Source: Roseibacillus sp. (GTDB taxonomy: Bacteria > Verrucomicrobiota > Verrucomicrobiia > Verrucomicrobiales > Akkermansiaceae). Taken from it: a stretch of DNA of 64,000 nucleotides. Below the pieces are notes generated by a model that made no database searches, was not told the origin of the DNA, and saw only the letters and a program-made list of their open reading frames with translations. This document shows positions 48,407 through 59,010 of this stretch, piece by piece. Location: NCBI GenBank assembly GCA_051251855.1, contig JBPOGI010000001.1:384001-448000 (forward strand), given 5' to 3'. Both the position numbers and the translations under genes were made by a program. Position 1 is the first letter of the stretch. Each line of letters opens with the position of its first letter.

Positions 48407-49347
48407 TACTTTTGGGGGGCGAATTGGAAGGTGGCGATTATGGGGCTGTGGTCGGAGCCGGTGCGAGGACCGATTTCGCGGGAGCGACAAATCAGGTCTT
48501 CGCTATAGAGAATGTGGTCGATGGGGATGCCGAGAAGGGGGTGGTAGCGATTCCATGTGACGGGGTATCCTCGGCCGCGGGAACTGTCTTTGAGCTCGGC
48601 GTCAAGGGGGCGAAAGCTGGGGGAGTAGGCGGTGCAGTTGAAGTCGCCGACGACGATAATAGGAGCGTTGCGAGTGCGGGTCTCTTCGGCGATTCGTTGC
48701 AGGGTTGCTTGGTTGGAGCGAGCGGTGGCTGGGGTGCGAGGAGGGAGGGTGTGGGTGTTGATAAGGTTGAGCTTGCGACCTTGGAATTGGATGAGTGCGC
48801 GGATGTGGGGAGTGGCGTATTTCTTGTTGGTATCGACGATGGAGTCGAGAATGGGGTGTTTGGAATAAAGCAGAATACCGAAGTTGTCGCTGCGTGGGTG
48901 TTCGACGACGTAAGGGTAGCGGGTTCGGAGCGGGGAAAGGGCGTTGACCCACTCGCGGCTGGTTTCTTGGAGGAGGAGGAAGTCGGGGTCGTGTTTTTGG
49001 ATGAGGGCTAAGACGTCGGTGTGGCGGTGATTTCGGGTGAGGACGTTGTAGGTGAGGACCTTGAACTCGGGGCCAGTTCCCTTTCGGTTGTCTTTGGTGA
49101 AGGGGAGGTAGTGACGGCTGAGCGGTTGTAGTTGAATCACTAACAGGCAAGCAACGATGAGGGCACTTTTGGGAAGTTTGGCAAGAAGTAGGAAGAGGAG
49201 GAGGGCGCCAAACCCTAGGGCGCAGGGGAGGCGAAAATGAGTGAGGAGGTCCAGAGCCCAGTGCCATCGGGCGAAAAGCATGGCGAGGGTGAGTGCTACG
49301 GCTGCGATGGTGAGGCTTCGAAGAAGGAATCGAAGGAATGGAGTCAT
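48406..49347 (-). CDS. Endonuclease/exonuclease/phosphatase-family membrane protein
   Basis: N-terminal TM segments; TYNV, LLQE, GDFN, IDHI, GSDH. Confidence 0.9.
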   Translation of the reverse strand: MTPFLRFLLRSLTIAAVALTLAMLFARWHWALDLLTHFRLPCALGFGALLLFLLLAKLPKSALIVACLLVIQLQPLSRHYLPFTKDNRKGTGPEFKVLTYNVLTRNHRHTDVLALIQKHDPDFLLLQETSREWVNALSPLRTRYPYVVEHPRSDNFGILLYSKHPILDSIVDTNKKYATPHIRALIQFQGRKLNLINTHTLPPRTPATARSNQATLQRIAEETRTRNAPIIVVGDFNCTAYSPSFRPLDAELKDSSRGRGYPVTWNRYHPLLGIPIDHILYSEDLICRSREIGPRTGSDHSPIIATFQFAPQK

Positions 49348-49409
49348 TTTAGGGGAATGCGAAGTTGTTTTTATTGGCACGGCGGCAGTTTTCGCCCAGA
49401 ACTCTGAGC

Positions 49410-51104
49410 GTGAATCAAACGGTAGCAAGAGTTTTGACGACGCTGGTGGTAGCGTTCTTTGCTGTCTTCTTTATTTATCCGGCATTGATGGTCTTGGGTG
49501 AGGCGTTCTGGACTAAGGAAACGGGGTTCACGCTCGCTTTTGTGGGTGAAATTTTTTCAAACCCTCTTTATTTGGAGGGATTGTGGAATGCCTTTGCGTT
49601 GGGAATTTGTAGCACCGCGGCAAGTTTAGCGCTGGCGTTCCCTTTGGCGTTGGTGGCGCATCGGTATCTCTTTCCTGGTAAGAGTATTTTGAGCGCTTTG
49701 GTTTTGATTCCATTGGTTTTGCCTCCGTTTGTCGGGGCGGTGGGGGTGAAGCAAATTTTGGGTGTTCAAGGGTCGCTGAATGCATTCTTAATCGATCTGG
49801 GGATGATGAGCGCGCAGGCGCCATACGATTGGTTGGGTGAATCTCGGTTTCTGGGAATCGTGATTATGAATGCGCTGCATCTTTATCCGATTCTGTTTAT
49901 GAACATTGCGGCGGCGCTGGCTCACCTCGATCCAGCGATGGAGGAGGCCGCGGAAAATTTGGGAGCGGGTCCTTGGAAGCGGTTGTGGCGTATTACGCTA
50001 CCACTTTGCACGCCGGGTATTTTTGCAGGAGGGGCGATTGTCTTTATCTGGTCGTTTACGGAGTTGGGAGTGCCCTTGGTGTTCGATTACACGCGGGTGG
50101 CTCCTGTGCAGGTTTTTGATGGCATCAAGGACTTGGGGAATAATCCGTTCCCTTATGCGTTGGTGGCGATCATGTTGTTGGTCTCTTCGACGGTGTTCTT
50201 GGCCTCAAAGAAGTTGTTGGGGAAATCGAATCTAGGCAAAGCGCCTCGTCCTAAGGGGCGGAGCTCGGAGAAGCCCATTTCGGGATGGAAGGGTTGGGCT
50301 TGCTCGGGGTTGTTTGTATTTGTTTTTCTGATTGCTTCCGTTCCTCATCTTGGAGTGATTTTCTCGTCTTTGGCAGGGGATTGGTATGCCACCGTTCTTC
50401 CTGAGCGCTTCACTTTGGAACATTATGAGGAGGCTCTTGGGCACCCTCTGGTGGTGCCTTCTATTCAGAATAGTTTGATTTATGCGGGACTGGCGACGCT
50501 GGTGGATATCGTGTTGGGGGTGGCAATTGCATGGGTGGTGGTGAGGTCCAATATCAAGGGGCGCGGTTTGCTGGATGCTTTGGTGATGCTGCCTTTGGCT
50601 GTGCCGGGATTGGTGTTGGCGTTTGGATATCTGGCGCTTTCACAGGAGGGCCGGGCGTTTCACTTTTTGGTCGGAGATTTGGGGAATCCAATTGTTCTGC
50701 TGGTGATTGCATATGCGGTACGACGCTTGCCGTATGTGGTGCGAGCGGCGGTGGCTGGATTGGAGCAAAGTAATATCCAGTTGGAGGAGGCGGCACGGAG
50801 TTTGGGTGCTGGTCCACTCAGGACTTTGAAGAGAATCAGTCTTCCGCTGATTGGGGCAAATGTGGTGGCGGGTGCTATTCTAGCTTTTGCTTTTGCGATG
50901 CTGGAGGTGAGCGATTCGCTGATTTTGGCCCAGCAGAGGGAGCATTTTCCGATTACTAAGGCGATTTACGCACTCCTGGGAACGCTGGGCAACGGGCATG
51001 AACTTGCGGCAGCGTTAGGGGTTTGGGCGATGGTCTTTCTAGGAATTTCGATTGTGGGAGCGGTTTTGTTGGGCGGGAAGAAGGGCGGGCTTTTCAAGCT
51101 CTAG
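49410..51104 (+). CDS. Fe3+-type ABC transporter permease (FbpB-like)
   Basis: Two EAA loops (MEEAAENLGA; LEEAARSLGA); PLVLPPFVGA; PLAVPGLVLA. Confidence 0.88.
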   Translation: MNQTVARVLTTLVVAFFAVFFIYPALMVLGEAFWTKETGFTLAFVGEIFSNPLYLEGLWNAFALGICSTAASLALAFPLALVAHRYLFPGKSILSALVLIPLVLPPFVGAVGVKQILGVQGSLNAFLIDLGMMSAQAPYDWLGESRFLGIVIMNALHLYPILFMNIAAALAHLDPAMEEAAENLGAGPWKRLWRITLPLCTPGIFAGGAIVFIWSFTELGVPLVFDYTRVAPVQVFDGIKDLGNNPFPYALVAIMLLVSSTVFLASKKLLGKSNLGKAPRPKGRSSEKPISGWKGWACSGLFVFVFLIASVPHLGVIFSSLAGDWYATVLPERFTLEHYEEALGHPLVVPSIQNSLIYAGLATLVDIVLGVAIAWVVVRSNIKGRGLLDALVMLPLAVPGLVLAFGYLALSQEGRAFHFLVGDLGNPIVLLVIAYAVRRLPYVVRAAVAGLEQSNIQLEEAARSLGAGPLRTLKRISLPLIGANVVAGAILAFAFAMLEVSDSLILAQQREHFPITKAIYALLGTLGNGHELAAALGVWAMVFLGISIVGAVLLGGKKGGLFKL

Positions 51105-51217
51105 GAGTGCTTTGGGCTGGAGTCGGAGTGGTATCTCCTTGGGCGAGATTCTTTCAGATTGACGGGGGAAAGTGCTCTGTCAGGCTGACGCGATTCTTCG
51201 TAAATATGCCCTGATTT

Positions 51218-52177
51218 GTGATGGGGGCAGCGACGAGAACAGTTCAACCTAGCCGAATGGCTGCAATCACGATGATCGAACAACAACTTCCCTTTGCTGA
51301 TGAGAAGGCTTCTTCTGATTGGAAGACTATCGACGATAGAGTTTCCAAGGTTGAGGCGAAAGGTGAGGTCATGGAGGCTAAAAGGCTGGCTGCGAGCGCG
51401 GTGCAAGAGGCGCGTGAGGCTGAGAATGGAAACAGCAAGAACGCGGGACAATTGCTCCATTGTTTGGAAGTGAGAGCGAATCTCTTTAACCGCCAAGGAG
51501 ACTTTGGTTCGGCAAAGGACGACTATCTGGAGGCGATTTCGTTAGTGGCAGGTAAGTCGGGTCAGGAGGGAACTGTGGGGCGGCTTTACGGGAACTTGGG
51601 ATATCTTTTTGAGTCGACCGAAGACGAGGATAATGCTGTCGACGCCTATGAACGGGCTTTAGAGCAGTTGGGACGCTTACGGCAGCCCTCTGTGGTGGAG
51701 GAAGTAAGACTCTCGAACAATCTCGCTTTCATCTACTCGGCGCGTGACGATTTCGATCAGGCTGAGACTCTTTTCTTGAAGGCGCTCAAATTGGCTCACG
51801 ACAAGTTGGGAGCTTCCGACCCGGATTCTACTGGAGTCTTCAATAATATCGGGGCGCTTTATCAAAAGGCAGGTCACTTGGAGCAGGCTAAGGAGATGCA
51901 CCAAATGGCTCTGGATGGTCGCAAAGAAGATGGCGGCAGCCGCGGAGATATCGGGCAGTCACACGGGAACTTGGCAATTGTCTTTGCTGAAGAAGGTGAT
52001 GAGAAGCAGGCGCGGTCTCACTTTGAGTCGGCACTCTCGAGCTTCCAAAGCGCAGGTGCGGACTTCAGTGAGGACTTTGAAGCCGTCTGTGGAAACTATC
52101 TACAGCTTCTTGCCAACGTGGGTGATGTTGAAAGTAAAAGCCGGGTGCAGAGCTTACTTGAGAAGGGCTTGAAGTAA
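51218..52177 (+). CDS. Tetratricopeptide-repeat protein
   Basis: Repeated NNLA.IY / NNIGALY / GNLAIV helices, AETLFLKAL; start uncertain. Confidence 0.82.
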   Translation: MMGAATRTVQPSRMAAITMIEQQLPFADEKASSDWKTIDDRVSKVEAKGEVMEAKRLAASAVQEAREAENGNSKNAGQLLHCLEVRANLFNRQGDFGSAKDDYLEAISLVAGKSGQEGTVGRLYGNLGYLFESTEDEDNAVDAYERALEQLGRLRQPSVVEEVRLSNNLAFIYSARDDFDQAETLFLKALKLAHDKLGASDPDSTGVFNNIGALYQKAGHLEQAKEMHQMALDGRKEDGGSRGDIGQSHGNLAIVFAEEGDEKQARSHFESALSSFQSAGADFSEDFEAVCGNYLQLLANVGDVESKSRVQSLLEKGLK

Positions 52178-52228
52178 GAGGTGCATCCCAAGCAATGCTC
52201 GTGGCCTTGGTAGAACCCTTTCGTTGCT

Positions 52229-52525
52229 GTGAATTTCACTCTCTTGGTTGCGCAAACTCTCATCTACTTAGGAGCGGGACTTGCGGTCTTATTTACGCTT
52301 TTAGGTTTGGGAATGGTTCTGGGGATCGTTCCTGGACGAATCACCATGAAGGATCTTCATCTTCATGACACCTACTATATCATCCTTCCATTTTGGCTCT
52401 ATTTTGTTCCGGTTGTAGGGGCGGGTTTGATTTTAGGAAGCGGTATTTTCATGAAGCGTGCTTACGAGGAGGGAGCAGCTGCTATCGAAGAATTGGTTTC
52501 TCAGGAAAGTTCTCCTGATGCGTAG
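52229..52525 (+). CDS. Small membrane protein
   Basis: Two TM segments flanking LHLHDTYY. Confidence 0.55.
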   Translation: MNFTLLVAQTLIYLGAGLAVLFTLLGLGMVLGIVPGRITMKDLHLHDTYYIILPFWLYFVPVVGAGLILGSGIFMKRAYEEGAAAIEELVSQESSPDA

Positions 52526-52656
52526 TTCCGACAAGGCACCCCGAATCGGTTGGATTGGTTTTCATTAGGAGCTTTTCACGGTTTCTTCATCTCGTGTTCA
52601 TCTGTTCTTCGCATGGCGAAGCGACTCTTTGTTTGTCCGTGAAGGACGATAAGAAT

Positions 52657-52926
52657 ATGAACAAAAATATCAGTGAAGTGTTGAAGCAGGTGAGCGGTTG
52701 GATTTTGCCGGGGTTAGGATTGTTGAATCTTGTGGGGGTTGTGTTGGGGGGAGGGGTGCTCTCTCTCTTTGCAGTGATGGGTTTGCTCGTGGGAGGGAGC
52801 GGAGCCTTCTTCGGCTTTTCTTTCCTTCTCGGTTTTGTGGTAACAATGCTGGGGTTCGTTCTGACCGCGCACCGCTTCTTCCAATTGCAAAAAGAGAACG
52901 AGTTGGTGAAGGCAAAAATCGATTAA
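52657..52926 (+). CDS. Small membrane protein
   Basis: Hydrophobic Gly/Leu-rich ORF, likely ATG at 52657. Confidence 0.5.
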   Translation: MNKNISEVLKQVSGWILPGLGLLNLVGVVLGGGVLSLFAVMGLLVGGSGAFFGFSFLLGFVVTMLGFVLTAHRFFQLQKENELVKAKID

Positions 52927-53037
52927 GGTTGAGCCTTTTGAGAGTGGTTACTCATACCTGTATGGGAGTAAGGGATATTCGAATAAGAATCGGAGAAGGT
53001 TGTTCAGGGACAGGAATGTCCCTGTTCCCTAGACGTG

Positions 53038-53069
53038 AAAAAGCCGCCGGAATACTCCGGCGGCTCTTT
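53038..53069. terminator. Intrinsic terminator downstream of rplI, possibly bidirectional
   Basis: AAAAAGCCGCCGGA-ATAC-TCCGGCGGCTCTTT. Confidence 0.8.
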
Positions 53070-53091
53070 CGAAAAAAGGAATTGAAGGCGA

Positions 53092-53556
53092 TTAAGCGTC
53101 GTCCTCGGTGCCGCGAACTTCGAGGCGGAGGAAGCAGCTGACGTCGGCGTGAAGCTTGACGTCCACTTCGTGGGTGCCTGTGGTCTTGATGGGCTTGTCG
53201 AGCTTGATGGTGTGGCGGTCGATATCGATACCAGCCTCCTCGAGCTTCTTGTGGATGTCCATATTGGTGACAGAACCGAAAGATTTGCCGGTTGCGCCTG
53301 TCTCGAGAGTGAAGACGGGCTTCAGCTTCTTGATTTTAGCGGAAACTTTTTCAGCTTCGTTGAGCTCTTCGGTCTCACGCTTGGCGCGAGCTGCGGCGAG
53401 GTCATCGAGGTGCTTTTTGTTTGCTTCGGTTGCCTCATAAGCCTTGCCTTGTGGGACGAGGTAGTTACGGGCGAAGCCGGATTTAACTTTAACAACGTCA
53501 GCTTCGGCGCCGAGGTTGTTGATTTTGGTGCGGAGAATGACTTCTGTAGTGGCCAT
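53092..53556 (-). CDS. rplI: 50S ribosomal protein L9
   Basis: LGAEADVVKVKSGFARNYLVPQGKA; FGSVT; PIKTTG. Confidence 0.96.
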   Translation of the reverse strand: MATTEVILRTKINNLGAEADVVKVKSGFARNYLVPQGKAYEATEANKKHLDDLAAARAKRETEELNEAEKVSAKIKKLKPVFTLETGATGKSFGSVTNMDIHKKLEEAGIDIDRHTIKLDKPIKTTGTHEVDVKLHADVSCFLRLEVRGTEDDA

Positions 53557-53713
53557 GGTAAAAAAGTTGAAGGGCGCAGGGTTTAGGGACTGGGTTGGAT
53601 GGGGTCAAGTTTTTTGAAGGGAGAAAGTGTCCGAATACCAGTTTTTCGAGACTGTTTGAGGTTGTGGAGCGAAAAAGGTGGCTTTTTGGCGAGGAAATCA
53701 GTCTTTTGAGGTG

Positions 53714-54283
53714 ATGAGTTTTCTCGATGAATTAATGAAGGAGATGGGTGGACCTGTTGCTGAGCAACTGGGTAAGCGTGAGGGATTGAACGAAGCGCAG
53801 TCGAAAGGCATCCTTGAAAGCTTGGCTCCGGTGATTTTGGGCGGGTTGAAGCGGAAAAAGGAGCAGGGGGTTGATTTAGAAGACCTCATGGGAGGGCTAG
53901 GAGCCAAAGAGGAAGGGCTGGATGATTTGGGCGGATTTTTCGAGGGGGCAGAGAACGTGGATTTGGGCGCTGGGGGTGTTCTCGGATTAGAGAAAGGAGA
54001 GCAGGCGGCGGATGCGATTGCGAAGAAGACCGGGATCGGGGTCGATGTGGCGCGAAAAGTGTTGCCGATGCTTATTCCGTTGGTGATGGCCTACTTGATG
54101 CGCAAAGGGAAGCAGGACAGCGGAACTCCCGATCGAAAGACGGGCATGGGGGCCATTCTAGATCGCGATGGAGACGGGAAAATTTTGGATGATATCGCAG
54201 GGATGGTTCTGGCCAGTCAGGTTGGCGGCGGAAAGAAGGGTGGCTTGTTGGCGATGATTTTGGCGTTCTTTTCTCGGAAGTAG
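53714..54283 (+). CDS. DUF937-like protein
   Basis: LAPVILGGLK...LPMLIPLVMAYL...LDRDGDG.ILDD. Confidence 0.7.
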   Translation: MSFLDELMKEMGGPVAEQLGKREGLNEAQSKGILESLAPVILGGLKRKKEQGVDLEDLMGGLGAKEEGLDDLGGFFEGAENVDLGAGGVLGLEKGEQAADAIAKKTGIGVDVARKVLPMLIPLVMAYLMRKGKQDSGTPDRKTGMGAILDRDGDGKILDDIAGMVLASQVGGGKKGGLLAMILAFFSRK

Positions 54284-54430
54284 GAAAATTGTCTTTGCTA
54301 CAGGAGCTAAGGGGTTTCGGTTCGGTGTTTTTTGAACAGAAGGCCGCAAAGTGCGCAAAGGACGAGGTTGTGCCTTTGCGGAGAGGCAGGGATTTGACTT
54401 GGGGAGCTTTTGTCCTATTTTTGGGATGTA

Positions 54431-54682
54431 ATGAGTGAACTCAATGTGTCGCACGCTTCTGAACTGGTCCTGCTGGCAGGTTTGGTGGGGGCGATGGCGA
54501 TGTGGTTTTGGAAAATCTGTCCGCAGAGGAGATTGGCTCAAATAGCTTTGGGCTATGGAGTGACTGCCTTTGTAGTTGCGGCGGTTCTTCTGACCTTAAT
54601 TTTGATGGTGCAAGGAGGAATGGGACATTCGGTGGCTCCGATTGTGGAGGCCTTAAGCCACGTTGAGGCGGGCCTTAGCTGA
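54431..54682 (+). CDS. Small membrane protein
   Basis: Two hydrophobic segments; likely ATG at 54431. Confidence 0.45.
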   Translation: MSELNVSHASELVLLAGLVGAMAMWFWKICPQRRLAQIALGYGVTAFVVAAVLLTLILMVQGGMGHSVAPIVEALSHVEAGLS

Positions 54683-54710
54683 GTGGTGGTTCTCTGCTAC
54701 CTTCTTTATC

Positions 54711-54789
54711 GTAGCCGAGTTGGTGACAACTCGGGAGTCGAGGACGCAGAGTGAGCCAACCCAGCCCGCTTTGTCACCAAAGCAGCTAC
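54711..54789. repeat. Inverted pair of GTAG-family REP units (REPIN-like)
   Basis: GTAGCCGAGTTG-GTGA-CAACTCGGG and, on the other strand, GTAGCTGCTTTG-GTGA-CAAAGCGGG. Confidence 0.7.
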
Positions 54790-54820
54790 GCAAAATCAGT
54801 TAGAACGCCCCCGGCGGAGC

Positions 54821-55237
54821 TTATTGCCCGGAGTAGCTGATGGCGTGTTTTTTCATTTGGGCGGCCATGAGGGTGAGGGCGTTGGCGCGGGTGGGCGCGA
54901 GGTGCTCTTTGAGGCCGGTTTGGTCGATGAAAGACATGTCGGCTTGCAAAATGTCGTCGGGCGCTTGGCCATCGAGGACACGCACAAAGAGGGCGATCAT
55001 GCCTTTGGTGATGAGGCTGTCGGAGTCGGCGGTGAAGTTGACTTTTCCGTCTGCAAAGTCGGAGTCGAGCCAGACTTGCGATTGGCAGCCTTTGATAACG
55101 CGGTCGGGGGTCTGTTTTTCTTCGGGGAAGGGTGCGAGTTTTTTTCCGAGGTCGATGACGTATTGATAGCGCTCGGTCCAGTCTTGGAAGAGGTTGAGCT
55201 CGTCGAGGAGTTGTTGTTGTTGGTCGGCGATGGTCAC
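54821..55237 (-). CDS. sufE: Sulfur acceptor SufE
   Basis: WTERYQYVIDLG; IKGCQSQVW; ADSDSLITKG; LAPTRAN. Confidence 0.93.
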   Translation of the reverse strand: MTIADQQQQLLDELNLFQDWTERYQYVIDLGKKLAPFPEEKQTPDRVIKGCQSQVWLDSDFADGKVNFTADSDSLITKGMIALFVRVLDGQAPDDILQADMSFIDQTGLKEHLAPTRANALTLMAAQMKKHAISYSGQ

Positions 55238-55278
55238 GGTTTGTTTTTCGACAGGATTTACAGGATTGAACAGGATTT

Positions 55279-56490
55279 TTATTGCAGCATGAGGGCTGCT
55301 TTTTTGACGGCTTGGGCGAGGAGCTCGACTTCGTCGGAGGTATTGTAGGCGGCGAAGGAGGCGCGAACGGTGCCGGTGGTGTTGAAGCGGCCCATGAGTG
55401 GTTGGCAGCAGTGGTGGCCGGTGCGGACGGCGACTCCCATTTGGTCGACGAGGGTGCCGAGGTCGTAGTGGTGGATGCCGTCGATGTTGAAGGAGAGGGA
55501 ACCTTGGCGGTTGGCGGGGCCGTAGAAGTGGAGGCCAGGGATGTCGGCGAGGGCGGAGGCGGCTTGCTCGATGAGAGCTTGCTCGTGGCCGGCAACAGCG
55601 GTGAGGTCGAGGGCGTGGAGCCAGTCGAAGGCGGCGGCGAGGGCGATGCCGCCTTCGATATTGGGAGTGCCCGCTTCGTAGCGAAAGGGAAGGTCGTTGT
55701 AGGTGGAGCTCTCGTAGGTGACTTCTTTGATCATCTCGCCGCCTCCCCGCCAGGGGGGGAGGTTCTCGAGGCTGGCGGTCTTTCCGTAGAGAATGCCAAT
55801 GCCGGTGGGGGCGTAGATTTTGTGGCCGGAGAAGACGAGGAAGTCGGGGTCGAGGTCTTGTAGGTCAATGGCTTTGTGAGCGACGGATTGGGCGGCGTCG
55901 ATGAGGATGAGGGCTCCGGCGGCGCGGGCAGGCTCAATGAAGTCTTTGACGGGAACGGGGGTGCCGAAGGCGTTGGAGACGTGGGTGAGGGCGAGGATTT
56001 TTGTTTTTTCGCTGAGGAGAGAGAGGAAGGTGGCGTGGTCGAGAGTGCCGTCGTCGAAGACGGGGATGACCTTGAGGGTGGCTCCGGTGCGCTGGGCGAG
56101 CATTTGCCAAGGGACGATATTGGAGTGGTGCTCGAGGGCGGAGATGATGATTTCGTCTCCGGCGCTCAGAGTGGGGGTGAGGATGTTGGCGACGAGGTTG
56201 ATGCCGTCGGTGGTGCCGGAGGTGAAGATGATTTCGTCGGGAGAGGCGGCGTTGAGGTGACGCGCGATGGTTTCGCGGGCGGCTTCGTGGGCGGCGGTGG
56301 CCTTTTGGGAGAGGTGGTGGGTGCCGCGATGGATGTTGGCGTTGGTCTGCTCGTAGTAGGCGCGGGAGGCGTCGAGGACGGCGGTAGGCTTCTGGACGGT
56401 GGCGGCGTTGTCGAGGTAGACAAGGGGCTTGCCGTGGACCTCGGTGGAGAGGACTGGAAATTGGTCGCGAATTGCGAAGGGGTCGAACAC
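55279..56490 (-). CDS. sufS: Cysteine desulfurase SufS
   Basis: YLDNAAT, ANIHRG, EHHSNIVPWQ, SGHK, RTGHHC. Confidence 0.94.
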   Translation of the reverse strand: MFDPFAIRDQFPVLSTEVHGKPLVYLDNAATVQKPTAVLDASRAYYEQTNANIHRGTHHLSQKATAAHEAARETIARHLNAASPDEIIFTSGTTDGINLVANILTPTLSAGDEIIISALEHHSNIVPWQMLAQRTGATLKVIPVFDDGTLDHATFLSLLSEKTKILALTHVSNAFGTPVPVKDFIEPARAAGALILIDAAQSVAHKAIDLQDLDPDFLVFSGHKIYAPTGIGILYGKTASLENLPPWRGGGEMIKEVTYESSTYNDLPFRYEAGTPNIEGGIALAAAFDWLHALDLTAVAGHEQALIEQAASALADIPGLHFYGPANRQGSLSFNIDGIHHYDLGTLVDQMGVAVRTGHHCCQPLMGRFNTTGTVRASFAAYNTSDEVELLAQAVKKAALMLQ

Positions 56491-56596
56491 GGAGCGAAAC
56501 TAGAGTCGGGAGGCGTCAGGTGCAAGTTTTGAGCACAAGCTAGAAAAGGGATTTTAAGATGACGAATTTCTCTTTTTTAGAGAGGATAGAGGGGAG

Positions 56597-57049
56597 ATGG
56601 AAGGTTTGATCGTGATTCCTCGGGTGAGGACTTTGGCGGGACTGGTGACCTGGGCGAAGACGTATCGGCTCGTCTTTGATGGCCAGTTTCTTTGGGTGAT
56701 TCATCTGGGGCGCGCGATGAGGCCTGGGGTTGAGGCGAAAGACCCGTTAGCGAATTTTTTTGCCCAGTTGATGATTCGTGGGAGTAAGAAACGAATTGAG
56801 GAGCGGCTGGATGAGGTGGAGGAGGAGATCGGGTCGGTATCCTTGGCGACCTTGTTGGAGCGCAAGGGGTGCTTTCGAGTTTCGGTGGAGGAGCAGGGGG
56901 CAGTGAGGTGTGAGCTGAATCCCGAGTTTGAGGCTGCCTTGATTGTGAAGAGTGTCTCGGGGAGGAAGCGGTTTTATGGGCTTCACGAGGAATTGGCTGA
57001 GCCGTTTGCGCAGATTGCGGCGGCATTTGGTTCTGGGAGCAAATCGTAA
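56597..57049 (+). CDS. Hypothetical protein
   Basis: 150-aa ORF with a purine-rich RBS, ending just before a terminator. Confidence 0.55.
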   Translation: MEGLIVIPRVRTLAGLVTWAKTYRLVFDGQFLWVIHLGRAMRPGVEAKDPLANFFAQLMIRGSKKRIEERLDEVEEEIGSVSLATLLERKGCFRVSVEEQGAVRCELNPEFEAALIVKSVSGRKRFYGLHEELAEPFAQIAAAFGSGSKS

Positions 57050-57053
57050 AAAG

Positions 57054-57080
57054 AAAAGCCGCTCGAGTTGAGCGGCCTTT
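57054..57080. terminator. Bidirectional intrinsic terminator downstream of rpoD
   Basis: AAAAGCCGCTCG-AGT-TGAGCGGCCTTT. Confidence 0.75.
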
Positions 57081-57132
57081 TAAGAATGAGGAGAAATGAA
57101 AGGGTTCAGACTGAAATCTGAGGCTCCCTATT

Positions 57133-59010
57133 TTAGTCGGTGGGGAGCTCGATGAAGCCTTCCAGTTTGCGGATCCGGGTTGGGTGACGCATCTTGCGGA
57201 GGGCCTTGGCTTCGATTTGACGAATACGCTCGCGGGTGACCTGGAACTGGCGACCCACTTCCTCGAGGGTGCGGCTGTAGCCGTCTTTGAGGCCGAAACG
57301 TTGTTCGAGAACTTCGCGTTCGCGCTCGGTGAGGGAGTCGAGGACTTCGATGATCTTGTCCTTGAGCATGGCAAAGCCGGCTTCTTCCATGGGGTTGTCG
57401 GCAGCTTTGTCCTCGATGAAGTCACCGAAGGAGGTGTCGTCGCTGTCGCCGACGGGTGCTTGGAGAGAAATGGGCTGTTGGGCCATCTTGAGGACGGCAC
57501 GAACACGCTCGACGGGAAGGTGAATCTCCTCGGCGATTTCGTCGGGAGAAGGCTCACGACCGTATTCCTGCACCAACTGCTTCTGCACGCGCATGAGCTT
57601 GTTGATGGTCTCGATCATGTGGACCGGGATACGGATGGTGCGGGCCTGATCCGCGATGGAGCGGGTGATGGCCTGACGAATCCACCAGGTGGCGTAGGTT
57701 GAGAATTTGTAACCACGACGATACTCGAATTTTTCGACCGCCTTCATGAGGCCCATGTTGCCTTCTTGAATGAGGTCGAGGAAGGAGAGGCCTCGGTTGG
57801 TGTATTTCTTGGCGATGGAGATGACGAGGCGGAGGTTGGCTTCGACCATTTCGGTCTTAGCTTTATGCGCTTCGCGCATCCAGTGGCGGAGGTCACCTTT
57901 GTTTTCTTCGAAAGACTCGGTGGTGCACCAGGTCTCTTGTTGAACTTCGCGGAGCTTGGTCTCGAATTCTTCGACGTCTTTGCCGCCGGCGGCCACTTTC
58001 TTGGTGTAGCGCCAGAACTTGGTCTCGTAGTCGTCGACTTGGTCGCAGAAATCTTCCACCACCTTTTGCTTGTAGTAGAAGCGACCATATTGCCGGGCGA
58101 GGCTGGTGAGATTTTTGGCGAGTTGGTCCTCGAGCTTCTTTTTACCGCGAGGATTCTTGGCAGAGAGTTTGCGCCAGATGGTGGAGGTCTCTTCGTGAAG
58201 CGTTTGTACGGAGAGGCAAAGCTTTGGGAGGAGCTTCATGTAGCGCTCGCGGCTCTCGATCTTTTTGTCGAGGATGACGCGGTCAAAACGCTCTTTGCCG
58301 CGCTCGAGCTTTTGGGCGAGTTCAAGGTAGCATTGGGCGACGTAGCCGAAGCGGTGAAGGTATTTCTGAACGTTAATCTCGGCGTCCTCAATGCGCTTGG
58401 AAATTTCGACTTCCTGCTCGCGGGTGAGCAGGGGGACTTGGCCCATCTGCTTAAGATACATCCGAACGGGGTCGTCAAGAATGTCGAGCTTCTCGGCCTT
58501 GGTGTCGTCGGCTGAGGCGGCGTCGTCGTTTTTCTTATCCTTGAAGCGGTCAACATCGGAAGCGTCGATGATATCGAACTCCATGCTGCGGAGGCGCTCG
58601 TAGATGCCCTCGATATCAGCGGGTTCGACCATATCCTTGGGAAGGAGGTCGTTGACGTCGTCGTGGGTGAGGTAGCCTTGCTCTTTTGCAAGCTTGATGA
58701 GTTCGCGGATGACTTCCTGAATCTCAGGGGAGTCGAGACGGCTCTTGGTCTTGGCTGCGGCCGCTTCTTCAGCCTTGGCTGCTTTGGCTTTCTCAGTGCC
58801 AGGCTTAGTGGGAGTCGGCTTTTTGGCTGCAGCTTTCTTCGCGGGAGCCTTTTTTGCAGCAGTCTTCTTGGTTGAGGCCTTTTTTGCTGCCGTTTTCTTG
58901 GCGGCCGCCTTTTTCGCGGGAGCTTTTTTAGGAGCAGCTTTTTTGGCAGCGGTTTTCTTTGGAGCCGAGGAGGAGGTTTTCTTTTTAGGTGCTGCCTTTT
59001 TTTTCGCCAT
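57133..59010 (-). CDS. rpoD: RNA polymerase primary sigma factor
   Basis: [49 protein letters not shown]; follows dnaG. Confidence 0.97.
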   Translation of the reverse strand: MAKKKAAPKKKTSSSAPKKTAAKKAAPKKAPAKKAAAKKTAAKKASTKKTAAKKAPAKKAAAKKPTPTKPGTEKAKAAKAEEAAAAKTKSRLDSPEIQEVIRELIKLAKEQGYLTHDDVNDLLPKDMVEPADIEGIYERLRSMEFDIIDASDVDRFKDKKNDDAASADDTKAEKLDILDDPVRMYLKQMGQVPLLTREQEVEISKRIEDAEINVQKYLHRFGYVAQCYLELAQKLERGKERFDRVILDKKIESRERYMKLLPKLCLSVQTLHEETSTIWRKLSAKNPRGKKKLEDQLAKNLTSLARQYGRFYYKQKVVEDFCDQVDDYETKFWRYTKKVAAGGKDVEEFETKLREVQQETWCTTESFEENKGDLRHWMREAHKAKTEMVEANLRLVISIAKKYTNRGLSFLDLIQEGNMGLMKAVEKFEYRRGYKFSTYATWWIRQAITRSIADQARTIRIPVHMIETINKLMRVQKQLVQEYGREPSPDEIAEEIHLPVERVRAVLKMAQQPISLQAPVGDSDDTSFGDFIEDKAADNPMEEAGFAMLKDKIIEVLDSLTEREREVLEQRFGLKDGYSRTLEEVGRQFQVTRERIRQIEAKALRKMRHPTRIRKLEGFIELPTD

